Of a stretch of DNA of 64,000 bases, positions 15,490 through 54,300 are shown piece after piece. The DNA is taken from positions 186,001-250,000 of the forward strand of contig JBBPEB010000025.1 in assembly GCA_039096225.1 (NCBI GenBank), written 5' to 3'. Both the position numbers and the translations under genes were made by a program. Positions within the stretch are counted from its first letter, which is position 1, and every line of letters starts with the position of its first letter. Source of the DNA: Blastocystis sp. Blastoise. Taxonomy: Eukaryota; Protista; Bigyra: Opalinata. The notes beneath the pieces were generated by a model. The model searched no databases, was not told the DNA's origin, and was given only the letters and a program-made list of their open reading frames with translations.

Positions 15490-16135
15490 CTTTCGTTAGA
15501 GAGTAAATAGAGACCAAAGTCAGGAAAAAAAATTAAAACACTGTTTTGAATTTTATCATATTAAATCTTATTCATAATAAATAATTCAAACTATTTTTGA
15601 ATGATCATATATATTAAATTTCAAATTATAAACAGCTGTATGATTTAGATGCGTTGAGTATAAATATTAAAAAAAACAAAACATAAAATTGACATAATAA
15701 TTAGTAATTTAAGCAATAAGCAACTGAATCTAACTTAAATATTGATTTCCAATATTTTTCAATATAATCTAGAGTGTATTATATGCATGAATATAAGGAT
15801 CGCAAAAACAATTGAAATGATTTACTGTATATTCATCATATTCTTTACATAGAAAGATCTTTTAGGACTCTGATAATCTAATCCAATATTTTAAACTATA
15901 GAAAAATATATCATAGATATATATCCTTGAAATGACAACGAATTCAAGGAGAGAAATGAATGAGAATGATATTCGACTTTAATATTGATTGTATCAGTAC
16001 ATATAACAGCTTTAAATGGCAGATTACAAAAAGTCGTCAATTATAATAGTACATATATACTTTAATAAGATATGACCTTGTATTATTTAAGTCTTCTGAT
16101 ATAGATCTTGCAAGAATAATAAATAGATTTTAATT

Positions 16136-28579
<12,444 letters not shown>

Positions 28580-29440
28580 TTACATAGAACCAGATACTCT
28601 GAAGTTCTTCAAATAATCAATATTCAAAATTATTATTCAGAACGATAGTTATGTAATAAACAAAAGAAAACATCGTTTCCCGCGTATTATTTGGTTCTCT
28701 TCTTTGAAAATAAGATGAATTCAGACATTTTTCAGTTTGTAAATATGACTTTATCCTTCAGTGATTCAAATTTTCATTCTCAAAAAGTATGATTGAATTA
28801 ATAATGTTTTGATTCTTTTATGTCAAATTTATTTTTTATACATATCATTTTATCATTTTAGTTGACACTATTTAAAAACATATTGAAATCATAATTAGCC
28901 TATCTGGTTTACAATCGTAAACAAGTTACAGAAATGAATGACTTATGAGCAAGAGTAAGTACTTGCTCATTTATAATAGAGACTAAGAAATCTCTTTCGA
29001 ACTATGATTTAAAGATAAAATAAATTAGTGTCTTTTATATGTTAAAACAGGTTGCAAGTATTATTGATTCATTATATATACTCTTTTTAATTTCCTTAAG
29101 AATTTATAAGCTATTCAAGAACTAATCAACAAATTTGTTTTTTGATTTCCTATAATGGACAATATTCTAATTATCACCAATTACCCTAAAATACGTTAAT
29201 CAATATTTTTACGTTTAAAATCGAATTGTTTTTTTAAGAAATAAAGAAGAAAACATCTTTCGTAAAATCAAAAATCTATTCACGTTTGTCATTGATATAC
29301 TGTGCTTTATAATTTTTTTTTGTGAATTAGTCATTAATTAATATATACAAAAGTAGAGTGCCATTATTAATTGTAAATCTATTCCATACGTGCAACTAAT
29401 TTTGTATTATAGTTTCTTCTTGTCCTATTTTGCATTATCA

Positions 29441-38610
<9,170 letters not shown>

Positions 38611-39048
38611 CAGTATTTTTTATCAATACATTGTATATTAAAAATATAAAGTCATTTATTATATTTGTATTCTTGTTTCTAAATAATGAATAATTTTTAT
38701 ATAACAACGACACACACACCTCTACAAAACAAAACAATATTTTTTTAAATTATAGTATAACAAAAGGAATCAAAAGATATGAATAATATTAAAATATAAA
38801 ATAGTACAAAAATATTATTCCGATGAGAAATATGTTATAGAAAACAATAGTCAAAAGTATCAAAAAAATAAAATCAAAAGTTATATAGTATATTGATAGA
38901 GTATTTAAAATAAGAATAGATAATAAAAAGTAAGAGATCATGAAAAGTATTTACATAGATATATATAAGTATAGTTCATGATTCATATATGTATGGTTCC
39001 ATTAGATAAGGGAAATAGACTTGATACAGTTGACTTATCCTCGTGACC

Positions 39049-41070
39049 TTACAAGCTAATGACTCCCAGAGCGTTGAGACCATAAACGACAAGACACCCA
39101 ACATAAGTGACAAGGAATATATATCCTTTAAGAGGGTTGAGAATGACTTTCGATTGATGCCAGATCCACGTGGCAACGATGGTACAACAGAAGAACACAA
39201 TACAAGCGACAATAACGAAGGCAGCAGTCTTAATACAGTTATCACGAAGAGTAGTGTTGGTTCCATCACCAAAAGGAATACTACCTCCTTTAGCAAGACA
39301 CATAAGAAGCCAAGGGAAACCGAGACCAACACCAATATTAATAATTTGAGAGCCAACAGAACTGTTAATAGCCATAGAGCCAAGACCCTTACGAGCAACC
39401 ATGACAGAACTGATGGTATCAGGAACGGCACCACCCCAAGCAACAATAGAAAGACCGAAAAGAGCCTTAAGACCAGTTATAGTAGGCTATATTAATAATT
39501 ATTAAGATTATTACATCGTTTATATATATATATAATACTTAATAATAGTAAAAAAAAGGAATAAGAATAATAGAAATGTAAATAATAAATACATACATAA
39601 GCAGTTTCGATGATTTCTGTCCAACGATCGACACAGGAAGTGATCAGGAAGGAGTAGACAGCAATCCAAACAAAGGAAAGAATAAGAGTAGCTAAAGCAA
39701 TATAACTGAAACTACCATCTTCTATAGAATAACAAAGATTATATATAATATATTATTATAAGTATTAATATCTATCATAGACAACTCTATTCAAATATAT
39801 ATATATAATATATATATATATAAATATATATATATACTTTTAGTAGGAGGAGGACATAAATAGACAGCCACTTTATTAGTAGGCCAAGTAAAACAAATAG
39901 ATATAAATCCAAAATAATATTCAATATTATCAGCAAGTTTTTTAGCAGTTGATTTCTTCATACATTTAGCAAAGAATTTACCAAGTTTAGAAAGCTTGAT
40001 CTTCTTTCTTAATCCACTTCTAGGGACATAAAGTCCTTCATCTAATTCATCATCAACCATTTCAGCATCATCAGCATCACTATCTTCTTCTTCTCCTTCC
40101 TTCTTGGTATGATCTAATTTATAACCACCACCTTCCTATATATATATATAGTATTATATTACATTAACTAGATAATTTTATATACTAATTATAAATAATG
40201 ATTAAAAGGGAATATAATAGAATTATAAATAATTGTAAATAAAAAATAAATAATTATAAATAAAAAAATAAATAAATAAAATAATAATAATACTAAATAC
40301 ATACACACCAGTTCTTACATTTCATTTTCTTCAATTTAGGGAAATAAATAACCCAACAGACATAGAGGATGTATACGAGTATAAGTAAAATACATTCAAC
40401 AACAGTTACAGTACCATCCCAAAAATAAATAAATAATAAAAAGAGACTAGCAATGTAACTAAAGAAGAAAAGAAAATGAATATAAAGTATACATAAATTA
40501 ATAAAACTAAATTATTCAATATAAAATATAAGCGTATATATATACACAAAGAAATCACGCATGAGGGCTCTTCTTTTAACTTCTAATACTTGTCCAGCAA
40601 ACAAAGCACAAGCACAAGGAACACCTAAGAAGGCCATTAAACCAGAACTAAATATATATATGTTATAAAAATGAGAAAAGATTTATTAATATAATGAAAA
40701 AAAAGTAGATAATATACCCTAAAATTGAAGAGACACCAAGTTCAAGTGATTCTCCACCTTCAAGAGCTGTAATACAAGAAATAACAATTTCAGGAGCAGA
40801 AGATCCGACAGCCATTAATGTAGAGCCAGCAACATCTTCCTTCATTTCCCATTTAGCTACAAGAGCTTCAAGTGCAGGAACAAGTCTCTCATCACAAATT
40901 TGACCAACACCACAAACAGCGAAAAAGAAAATAATAATTTCAAGTAAAACACCAAAGAAATTTCCGTTGCCATCAATATCAGCAAGACCAAATAAGACAG
41001 TATTACCATGAAGGAGAGTGTCTCTAGCATAATTTAAGCCATTGCTCATGGCGATAATAGTTGAATTCAT
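39049..41070 (-). CDS. K+-dependent Na+/Ca2+ exchanger (NCKX, CaCA superfamily), 6 exons
   Basis: Alpha-1 repeat EDVAGSTLMAVGSSAPE..GVSSILGS. Alpha-2 repeat GLSIVAWGGAVPDTISSVMVARKGLGSMAINSSVGSQIINIGVGLGFPWL. Multiple TM segments and an acidic central loop. Confidence 0.92.
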
Positions 41071-42261
41071 GTTGTTATCCTTCTCACATTCAAAAGAAAA
41101 GATTTACAAAAGATGAGAAAACAACTTTCTCTTTTGGCTTACAGCAATTGAAAAACAGCCATTCATTTGCGAATGACCCATTATAATAAAGGTGTATTTT
41201 CTCGGTAAAAGCCATACATCCTTTTTAATTATTGCCCACAGGTTCACTGGGAATACGATAAGATTGCCCAAAAAAGTTGATAAATTCTGAAATGGACTCA
41301 TTCGCTATATAAAAAAAATGGTTTTGAATGGCTAGAATTAAGATTCCAGATACTGATTGGCTTACGAAAAACACAAGTTGTGTCGTCATTCTTTGTGATC
41401 TTATTGTTGTAAACATGCATAAGAGTTTGTGGCTTTATCTGTTTTTCTATTTCAAGAATTATCTTTTCATATTAAAAATATTTATTCATCAGTCTATTTA
41501 CCTTCAATAAGAAAATCTTAGTGCATCTAGCATAAAGTTCTTTAGATAATACTGACTCTAATTCATTTATTGGTTTTTGCCACATAAATCATATTGCATT
41601 CAAAAATTTATTTATTAGCTATTTGTAAAAGCTAAAAAAAAACCGAAAAAGATTAAGTAAAAATAATTCCAACAAAAAACGATTCGTCAAATTCGTGTCT
41701 TCTATCCCGTTTATATATAAATGAGTTAAATATGTATTTAAATACGAGTATTATAGAATATAAGAGTTGAAAAAGATAAATAGTAATCGTAGTAGGTCTC
41801 CTGTTTTTCACATAAGACAACGTTTCGTATCAACCAGTCTGTAGTAGAGGCAGAGATAAAATTTTATTCCACAAAATAAATAATTCATTTGAAATGTGTC
41901 TAATAAATAATGACTGAATAATAAGAAAACGGATCCCTGTACAAAAATAAACTATAGTCATATCAAAAACGAATTTATTAATAATATTTAAAGCATACAT
42001 TCATTCTTATTCAGAATAAAGAATAAAAAAGGCATTTGCTATTAAAATTTTTGTAAATTTTTCGTTTTTTTTTCTTTTTTTCACATAAATTGAATCAATT
42101 AATCATTAATAAATATAACATATGTATTTGTTATACAAACATATATAGTACATATTTAACACACCATAATATGTTTCTATATGTACATAATTTGGTAGAA
42201 ATGAATTTCTGGTTGAATAAAAAGTGATACTCAACTAGGACACATTTTTTACTCTTTCACA

Positions 42262-42335
42262 GCTCGCATAGCTCAGTCGGTCAGAGCACCGTGCTAATAA
42301 CGCGGGGGTCGCCGGTTCGATCCCGGTTGTGAGCA
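42262..42335 (+). tRNA. tRNA-Ile(AAT): tRNA-Ile (anticodon AAT)
   Basis: Acceptor stem GCTCGCA/TGTGAGC, D arm TAGCTCAGTCGGTCAGAGC, anticodon arm CCGTG-CTAATAA-CGCGG, T arm CCGGTTCGATCCCGG, followed by an oligo-T Pol III terminator. Confidence 0.97.
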
Positions 42336-42738
42336 ATCTTTTTGGTTTTATTAATAATAGAATTCTATTCAAACAATTTCTTTTTTAATCATTTGTTTGA
42401 GTGTTGTTTATTATATATTTACGATTATCTACATATTACAAATATATTTACATAGAAATAAGTGGTTTTAAAACAAATTAAACATTTTATTTCGATCTAA
42501 TAATTATTATTTCTTTTAGTTAGGTTCTCTTATAAGACTGCAAATAAGTTTAAACTCTTAAAAAAGGATAGAAGCATTGCTGTAGTGTTATTTATAACAA
42601 TATATAAAATAACAAGGAAATTTCGTGAATTCATAGTCAATTTTTGTATTTGTCTCAATTTTTTTTCTAAAAATCACTTTTTCTGTTTCCCTGGAAAACA
42701 TCAAAGAAAATAAAAAAATTTCATTTCATTGTATAAGA

Positions 42739-43231
42739 ATGTTTGGACGTTTATCTAATTTCAAAAGTGTTATTCCTAAACGAGGACTAGAGGAATTCGT
42801 GGATACAACAAGAGCTACTTCAGAAAAAATTGTCTATGGAAGAGCATGGAAAGCTTCTGAATTAAGAAGAAAAAGCTTTGAGGATTTACACAAATTATGG
42901 TACGTACTTCTTAAGGAGAGAAATGTTCTTTTAACTGAACGATATGACGCTCAAGCTCGTAATGTACAAATGTCACATCCTGAACGTCTTTCAAGAGTAT
43001 ATATTATAGAATATTATTATTTCTTTTTCAGATCTATAATTATTTTTATTAAATAATATATATTAAGATATTATATATATATATTATTATTATTATTATT
43101 TGAATTTATAGGTGAATTGTTCTATGGCTAGATTAAAGACAGTTTTATCTGAAAGACAAAAGATATTTAATGAATCACAAGTAAAAGTACAAGAGGAGGT
43201 ACAAAAAATATCTAAAGGGGATTTAGAATAA
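42739..43231 (+). CDS. MRPL47: mitochondrial ribosomal protein uL29m
   Basis: [44 protein letters not shown]|[15 protein letters not shown]. One intron, 42998-43111. Confidence 0.95.
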
Positions 43232-43742
43232 AGTTGAATAAAACTGTTTGATTCTATTGTATGAAACTATATTTTTTCTTTTCCAGTGGTTGTTTTTAAT
43301 GATTTTAGGTTTTTATCCATGTATTCTCTTTTCGTTTGTGTTTTTCTTTTTAATTTTGTTATTTCAAAGATACATATTAAAATCATATATATTTGAAAAT
43401 GTATATATACACATTTTGTGTCTATTTGAGAATTTTTTTTTTGGATATCAATAAATAAAAAAAAAAAACAACAAGCAAACAAATTCTTTTGAAACAATTG
43501 ATATTTATAAATCAATAGAGAATCATTTATAAAAAGGAAAAATAAAAAAAGAGAAAAAAGCAGGCATATATCCAAACACACATAAAAATAAAAACAACGT
43601 ACCAAAGAAATATAACAAATAGAGACTACAATAATGATTAAATAAAAGTAGAACGACCTTCATTCATAGTATAATTGAATGATATATATATAGAAATATA
43701 AATTATAGTTTGAAATGTAAATAATAGTAATTAGTATTTTCT

Positions 43743-45283
43743 TTATTCTTCATTCTTATCATTATCACTAATAGAAGACGGTAATCGATCAAGCATTTTA
43801 AGTAATTCTACTTGAGTAATAACCCCTTTAGCTAATTCATCTTTAAATGCATCAAATACAATCTCATCCTTACTCTTATATAATGAAAAATACCTATATT
43901 AATATGTATAAAATTATAAAGTATGATTAATGATATAATAAATAATATATATAATATACTACATAATATAAATATATAATAACAATATAAATAATATAAT
44001 AAATAAAAAATAATTAATAATATAATAATAATTAATAAATAAAATAATGAATAATATAATAAATAAAACGATAATAAAATAAATAAATAATACAATAACA
44101 TAATAAATAATAAAATATATAAAACTACATATATACATTGTTTTCAGTACACGACTTGTTTTTGCTGCAAATAATGAGATATGATGAAGAGTAACAGTAG
44201 GTTGAACATTGAATAAATAGCAAGTAAAGAAAACAGATACTGCTGAGAGAGCTGTAGATGTATGAGGTAATATCGATAGAGAATTGATGCTGTCATTCAC
44301 TTTTAAAGAATAATCAGATATGTTATGAGGCAACGCTAATATATAACCTAGAAAAATAATTTGAGTATTAGTAATATGTAAATGAATAATAAAATAAATA
44401 ATATAATGATGAGATAAATATATAAATAAGACGTATAAATAGATCATTAATAAATTAAATAAAATGAATACTCTAATAATTATAAAAACTTACAATATCT
44501 ATTAATATAATCTTCATCAGAAGCAATTGGAACATGAATTGAAGTTGTTTGTAGAATTTGTTTATACATTGAAATAATTTCTTTAGAATTATAATCACTT
44601 GTAATAGAAATCTCTTGTAACAAACGTAACGCCTATATATATAAACATATATTATATATTTAAATTAAAAAAAAAAATACATGACATTGTCTGCAAGCAA
44701 TATAAATACAAGTAGCACAAAGAAGATGATTGTTCTTTGCTTTAAATCCATTATGTTTAAAGCATTCATTTATAATAGAATAAGCTCGTTTTACAATATT
44801 ATCAGTCACAGACAATTGATCGCTATACTCTTGTAATATACTATAGCATCGTAATAACTTGCGTTCTAATTGACTATAACGACTATGAGAAGAATACTTC
44901 TTGATTCCATCAAAATCCACTGAATCACCCACATCATCGAAATTCAAATTAGTATCTAATCCTCTATCTTGCAAAATATCATTTTTATATGTATCAGCTC
45001 TAGCATAATCATCAACATTTCCTATATAGATAAAAATAAAAATAAAAAAAAATGTAACCAAAAAAAATTAGAATAATGATATCAATATGAAAAAGAAATT
45101 AAAAAAAAAATAGAGTTAATTACCTTCTTCCATATATCCTCTCCATTCTTGTTCATCAGATGGCATTTGTGCAGCAGCAACCATACCACAGCCTGTACAA
45201 ACTATATCACCTGTATCACGATCTTCGATAAATCGATTTGAATGTCCACATGATTTACAAGGAACAGCATTGTCTACAGACAT
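43743..45283 (-). CDS. TFIIB: transcription initiation factor TFIIB family protein (5 coding exons)
   Basis: Zn ribbon CKSC..EDRDTGDIVCTGCG, B-reader-like EQEWR, cyclin fold ATCIYIACRQ..RLLQEI, DYINRYC..LALP. Probable 5'UTR intron with acceptor near 45305. Confidence 0.85.
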
Positions 45284-45553
45284 TTTTGTTTTTCTTTTAT
45301 TGATCTATAGGATATTTGAATATATATATATATCGTATGATAAGGTAGAAATACTAACTAGCAAAACAAATGAAGGTTGTAATACTAGTAAACAATAAAA
45401 AAGAAAAATGAAAGAAAAGAAAAACGAAAAACGAATTCCATGATTATTTCTATTGTTTGACTGAAATTATGGTTTCTTTCCATATTATCGTTTTCTTTAA
45501 CAATTTATGCTTTTCGCGTTAAATTAATATTGATCTATTTATAAATATATAAT

Positions 45554-46267
45554 ATGCCTAAATTTGATTTATCTACGACAAAGGGCGTTTCAAAAATGCT
45601 TAAAGTATATAATATTTCACGATAGTATTATTCAATCTAGAGTGCTGGTCTTCAGCGTTTAAGATGGTATTGTCAAATGTGTGAGAAACAATGTAGAGAT
45701 GAAAATGGTTTCAAATGTCATATTGCTTCAGAAAGTCATTTGAAGAAAATGCAGTTTTTTGCTCAAAATTCAAAGCAACTCCAATATCAATTTTCAAAGC
45801 AAGTATATAAAACTATCATTGTTTTATTTTTATCCTTTATTTATGATCATATATAGTTTGAAGGCACATATTTAAGAACATTATCTTCTCTTCATGGTGA
45901 AAAGATGGTTGACGCTAATATTGTGTATAATATATTATCTTAATAAAAACTTGATATTGATTCATGATCTCTATTCTTTATTAAATATACTTTTATATAG
46001 TTATAGCGAAATGATTTCCGATAAACAACATGTTCATATGAATTCGACATGTTGGACAACTCTTTCTGGATTTGTACAATATTTAGGTCGTTCAGGTATT
46101 TGCAGAGTTGAACAAAAAGAAAAGGTATTTCTATTTTTATTGTTTTTGTATTTTTATTTTTATTGTTTTTGTATTTTTATTTTATTATTGTAGTTGAATA
46201 CTAATATTTAAAAATATTATAAGAAATTATATATTTTTTATAGTGATTTATTTCAATAGATATTTCT

Positions 46268-46321
<54 letters not shown>

Positions 46322-47040
46322 CTATATCTTTTTAGGGATGGAATATAGCCTTTATAAGTAGGGATCCAGAGACATTAAAACGAAAAGAATTAGAAGCTAA
46401 ACGAGCGAAAGATGAATTGAATTCTGAACAACGTCATTTATTAATGATTGAAAAACAAATTGAAGAAGCTAAAGCTATGGGAATTGACTTTGGGTATATA
46501 TTTATAAGATAAAAATATTAATAAAAAAATAATAATAATAATGATTTTATATATTTATATTAACCGATAATAATGATATGAATAATATATAGAATAATAA
46601 TACTAATTCTATTTTATATTTTATATAGAGAAGAACCAAAAGCAGATGATGTTGATATTAATGAAATTAAAGTTGATCCTATCACCATGAAATCAATTCC
46701 AAAACCAGAAGATAAACCGAAACCTGTAAATTTATTTGAAAAGATTGCTCAGGAAAAATTAGAGAAAGAAAAATTAGAGAAAGAAAAATTAGAAAAAGAA
46801 GAAAAAGAGAAAGAAAAATCTAATAATAGATATCATTCTTCTTCTTCCTCTTCTAGGAGTTCTTCTCCTCATCGACATTCTCATTACTCTTCTTCTCGAT
46901 ATCATGAGAGAAGTCGAAGTCGAAGTGGTTCTAGACATCATTCACATTATAATTCTTCTTCTTCTCGATCAAGATATTCAAATAGAGATAAATATCGAGA
47001 TTCATCACATCATTCACATTCCTATCATTCTCATCATTAA
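45554..47040 (+). CDS. KIN17: KIN17/Rts2 zinc-finger protein (6 exons)
   Basis: GLQRLRWYCQMCEKQCRDENGFKCHIASESH and HVHMNSTCWTTLSGFVQYLGR, GWNIAFISRDPE. The C-terminus is S/R/H-rich. Confidence 0.93.
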
Positions 47041-47218
47041 TTCTATTATTCTTTTTTTCTCTTCTTTTTTACAGTTTAGTGTTTATTATATGTTATTTCT
47101 TGTCTTCATATACTATAAAATCTTGTGTAGCGTATTATAACTCAAATAAAAAATCTTATTTAATAAAAACAAAGCAATACATAACACACAATTACAAATT
47201 TTTTTATAATTATAATTC

Positions 47219-47555
47219 TTAAGCACTCATCAAAGAAATATGTTCTTCAATACCACCAGGAACAAGCTATAATTAAAAATAGCAATGTATAAAAAAATAT
47301 AACTATCTATATAAATATGTAAAATACCATGCAAATGTTTTTGCCATTAATTAAAGCTTCACTGATCTTATTGACTTTTTTGCCTTCAGGAAGAATTTCA
47401 ATTTCAATAGCATTTTCTAATATGATAGTAAGGTAATCATCAAAACCTCTGAGAGTACCATAGAACTCTTTGTCTCCAGTCATAATCAAGGAGATAGGTG
47501 AGCCAGTACACTTATCAATTAATTCAAGAGGGAAAACAGTATCGGGAACAGCCAT
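47219..47555 (-). CDS. LSM5: U6 snRNA-associated Sm-like protein LSm5
   Basis: PLELIDKCTGS..DKEFYGTLRGFDDY..LINGKNICM|LVPGG. One intron. Confidence 0.93.
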
Positions 47556-48002
47556 TTTTATGTATTAAAAACTAATATGAATTCAAATAATTAGCAAAAT
47601 ATAACAAAAGAAGTTATGATAGATATTCACGATTCTTCAAAAGAATTCAATGAAATTTTTGTATTTTTGTATTTTTAACTTTTTTAAGTCGATATTATTA
47701 TAAATGAAACTGATAGATATACTATTAATATATATGCCTTCATATAAGATGTTACAATCATTTATAAATAAATTTGTTCTTTAAAAACAAAAACAAATTG
47801 TGAATAAAGAAAAACAGTTGCACAGATTTGAATATAATATACTAAAAGCAACGATGAATTAGATATGAAATAATAATATTAAAAAACTTGTAAAAAATGA
47901 TATTTACACGATAAAACATTAAATTGGACAAGTAAAAAGAAAAATGAATACAATAATAAAGAGAAAAATATGTATTCCATGGTTTAGTATGCATTTTAAA
48001 AT

Positions 48003-50334
<2,332 letters not shown>

Positions 50335-51360
50335 TCTAAAAAACAATTCTTGTATAATTTAAAAAAAAACTAATGTTGAGGATTCAAAGATTCACAGTCA
50401 AAAAGAAGAAATTCACATGGAAAACAAACAACAAAACAATTGTTTAATATTATATACTCTTTCAATTAGAGTTAGACATTCATATAAGAAAAATATGCAT
50501 ACGTATATGTATATTCTACATATTCAATATAAGAAAAGAAATAAAGAAATAATCAAAAAAAAAACAATGAAATTATAACAAAAAATGGGTCTATGAACTA
50601 GAAAATGCATAAAGTTGAAAAGACTATTAACAATATAAGAACGAAATATAACTGTTAATAGTAAAATAGAAAATGATTAGTCAATAAAAAAAATGACTAA
50701 AAAAGAAGGTGATGTTGGCTTCTAGGAGAAAAATTGTTATACCATATACAATTTACTTACTATATCTACTGAGTAGAAGTAGATAAAAATAGAAAAGAAT
50801 ATCAAAATTAATAAAATAAGTACCCGTTAGTACAAAAAGACACTATAATGACGTTTCTATAATTAAATATAAATATTTAAATATTATCATATAAAATAAT
50901 AACAATACATAAACAGAAAGAAAGAGAGAAAAACAAATAGAAAAAATCCTCATAAAAAGGAATATGAATTGTGAAAAAGGAAGTGACCGTTCACATAATT
51001 ATTATATAAACAAAGAAAATAATATCAAGAATATATTTACTAACAACAAACGAAAATAACAATAACATAAATAAATAAATAGAATATATATATAACAAAT
51101 ATAGAATTCAGAAAATATATAAACAACGAGATAATTAACCAAATGAAATAATTAAAAAAAAAGTAAAAAAAATAAAAAAAAAAAGAGATATATATATATA
51201 TAAAGAGATAAGTCAAAAGAAGTACTTACTTGAATAATATTATAAAATAAAACTAACTACAGAAATAAATGAATAAAATATGAAAGAATAACAATAAAAA
51301 ATATATATACATATATATATATTATATAATAATTAAAAAACTAAAAATGTAGATAACAGA

Positions 51361-54300
51361 TTATTGTGAAATAAGAGCAATCTTAACAGAGGATTGTTCT
51401 TTTGATTCGGAATTGTATTCTTCAAACCATACTGATGGATTTCGTTTTCGAATGTGTTTATGAGAACAGCAATTCAAAGAAAATGAAGACTTTGTATAAT
51501 ATAAATATATAATATATATAAATAGAATAAGAATACAAATAATGGTAATAAAAACATATAACATTGGATTCATAAATATATTATATCGAATAGTAATATC
51601 TGAAGAAGTTGTAAATATACATGCGTCAAAACTAGAATCATATTTAATAATTTGTTTCTTTAGGAATATACGAACAAAATCAGATATTTGGGAAATAAAT
51701 AAATCTTTCGATTTTAAACAAACAGCGAATCGTACGGTGATCTGAATCACGAACTGTGTTCCAGAGGATAAAGCATATGTATTTGTATCTAAAAACATAA
51801 TATCTCTAACGTATTCTAATGATTCTATAAACTGATTCGATAAAACAGTATAAAGAGAAAAAAGTTGTTTTCCTCCTAACTGGTCAAAATATGTATTATT
51901 GATATATAATGGTATATCTACATAAAAAAGAGGAAAAGGAGGAGAGTTTTCAGTAGGTATAGAATAACAAGTAGATATATCAATAATATCCCAATTAAAC
52001 GATGTGCTATTCACAATACATTTTCTAGACATATAAGTAGTTGTACTATTCAGACATAGACTATATTGTGTCTTCCCTACTTCAATAGCCTTCCAAGGAG
52101 AATCACTAGAACACTCAGCAGTCTTAACAATAATAGTAACACTTGATGTAGTTTCATGATCAGGATTTGAAGCAGTAATAAAAAGAGCTAAAGTAGATGT
52201 TAAGGAAGTCGGTATTCCCGTGATTATTCCATTTGTGTTATTAAAGTATAATCCGATAGGTAAAGGAGTATTTAATTTCCATGAGGAAATATAGTAACAA
52301 GAAAGAGGAATTAAAGGAATAATAGGAATATTTTTATAGAATGTGAATGTACTAGGAATATAAATAATAACAGGTTGTTTATATTTACATTGATTTATAA
52401 TAATATCCCATACAGGTGGATTTATATTAAGACATTGACGATATCTATATCCTTCTTTATTTGTATCATCACATGGAAGCATAGCTAATTCTCCTTTTTT
52501 AGTATTATTCCATATGTCTTGATCTGGACAATATAGAGGTTCTATAGATAATATGAGTTTTGTATCTCCTTTATTATCTTGATTTAGTGCAGTAATTGTA
52601 AATACAGTAGGAGAAAGAACTTTAGAACAATCACCAAATATAGTTCCTGTAATATCATCTATATCTAATCCTAGAGGAAGAGAAGGAGATACTATATAAT
52701 GATTACATATACCAATACATATAGGAGAAAGAACAGGAAATTTATCATTAATAAACAGTGTAATAGTAGTATTTGGATAGGATATTGAAGGTGCACTATA
52801 TATACAATTATAATCTATAGGTGACCAATAAGGAGGATCTGAGAATTGACATGTACGTATCATCATACCTTCCATATATAATTGTGTACAGGGTAATTCA
52901 TATTTTGTTCCAGTATCAACTTGTGGCCAAATACCATCAGATACACAAAATGGATTTATAATTCGAATTGTAATATTCTGTATACATTGTGTAATATTAT
53001 TTTCATTTAAAGCAGATATTTGATAAGTTATAGATGTATCATATAATGTTGTAGGAACGCCATAAATAACACCTTCATATAAATCTAATCCAAGAGATAA
53101 CGAAGGAGTAATTTCCCATGAATAAGGTAATCCGATAGTATTTATTGGATAAATAAATACACTATTAAATATAAATACAGTAAAATTCAAAGATTCATAT
53201 TCAAAGTATAAAGTTGAGTTTTCTGAAGTAAAATAATAGAGAATATCACTATATTTAGGATATTCATAAGGTATACAATAACGAATGCTTATACCTCTTG
53301 TATTATTCACATGAACTATTGCTTGATGCATAGTCCCTGAATAAGCTAATCCCCAATCATCATTATCACTAAAACAATAGGTTTTTGTTGTTGTACCTAC
53401 AACTATAATAGTAACTGGAGTAGAAATAGATCCATATTCATTAGTAGCTGTGACAACATAATCAGTAATATCACTATTATGTACAATAATACCTAAAATA
53501 ATACCCGTATCTTTATAGAAATAAAGTCCTTGAGGTAATTGTTCACATGTATAAGTGACATTTAATGCATTTATAGAGGGAACCATACGTGTAATTATAT
53601 TATCTATTTGATATACAACATAATCCGGAGAATACTTGAAAAATGTAGGTTTACTGGGAATACATGAAGTATATACTGTAGATTCTAGAATTCCCATGGA
53701 ATTACAATATCTAGCATGATACCCTGTATAGTAAGGATCACAAGATAATAAGGAATATGTGTTAAGAGGAGTTGCAGGCCATCGATTATCCGTAAGAGGA
53801 CAACAACAAGAAGAAGAAGAAGTTAGAGTAGGAGAAACAAAAAGAGAAAAAGAAGCTAATTGAAAAGAATAAGACGTACATTGATCATCATTATTCATTA
53901 TATTCTTATATATATCAATATTCTGATTCTTACATTCTAATATTCGAATACGATATATATTATAAGATATAGTAGTTATAAAGGAATATGTTTTCGTTAC
54001 ATTATATTCGAAGAATGTTTCATTTAAGACAAGATGTAAAGGAGTATAGGAAAACCCTTTATCGTTAGATCCCTCTAAAATCCAACTGGAAGGATGTAAC
54101 TGGTTGCACGTGATACCAGTTCGAATAGAATAACCAGAAGCAATATATCGTGCGCTTTGTTTATATTGATATCCAAATGTGATTGAATCACATGTTTGTT
54201 GAGATCGATACAATGTATTATTATTTCTATCAAATATATACTTTAACAAATAAGGATAAGGATACGAAAGAGATTGATCTATACCTATTGGATCTCCATT

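Noticed and set aside
15924-15960. TCCTTGAA/TTCAAGGA hairpin with AAGGAGAGAA, resembling the U6atac box
   Set aside because: No following GGTTAGC/AGC triad or internal stem-loop.
28941-28970. ATGAGCAAG/CTTGCTCAT hairpin with slight resemblance to the U12 snRNA 5' end
   Set aside because: Lacks the GTAAGGA branch-pairing sequence and downstream stems. It is an isolated 9-bp hairpin.
39043-39495. 150-aa antisense ORF and the alternative-frame ORF over the NCKX last exon
   Set aside because: Shadow ORFs of a relatively GC-rich exon with no recognisable protein features.
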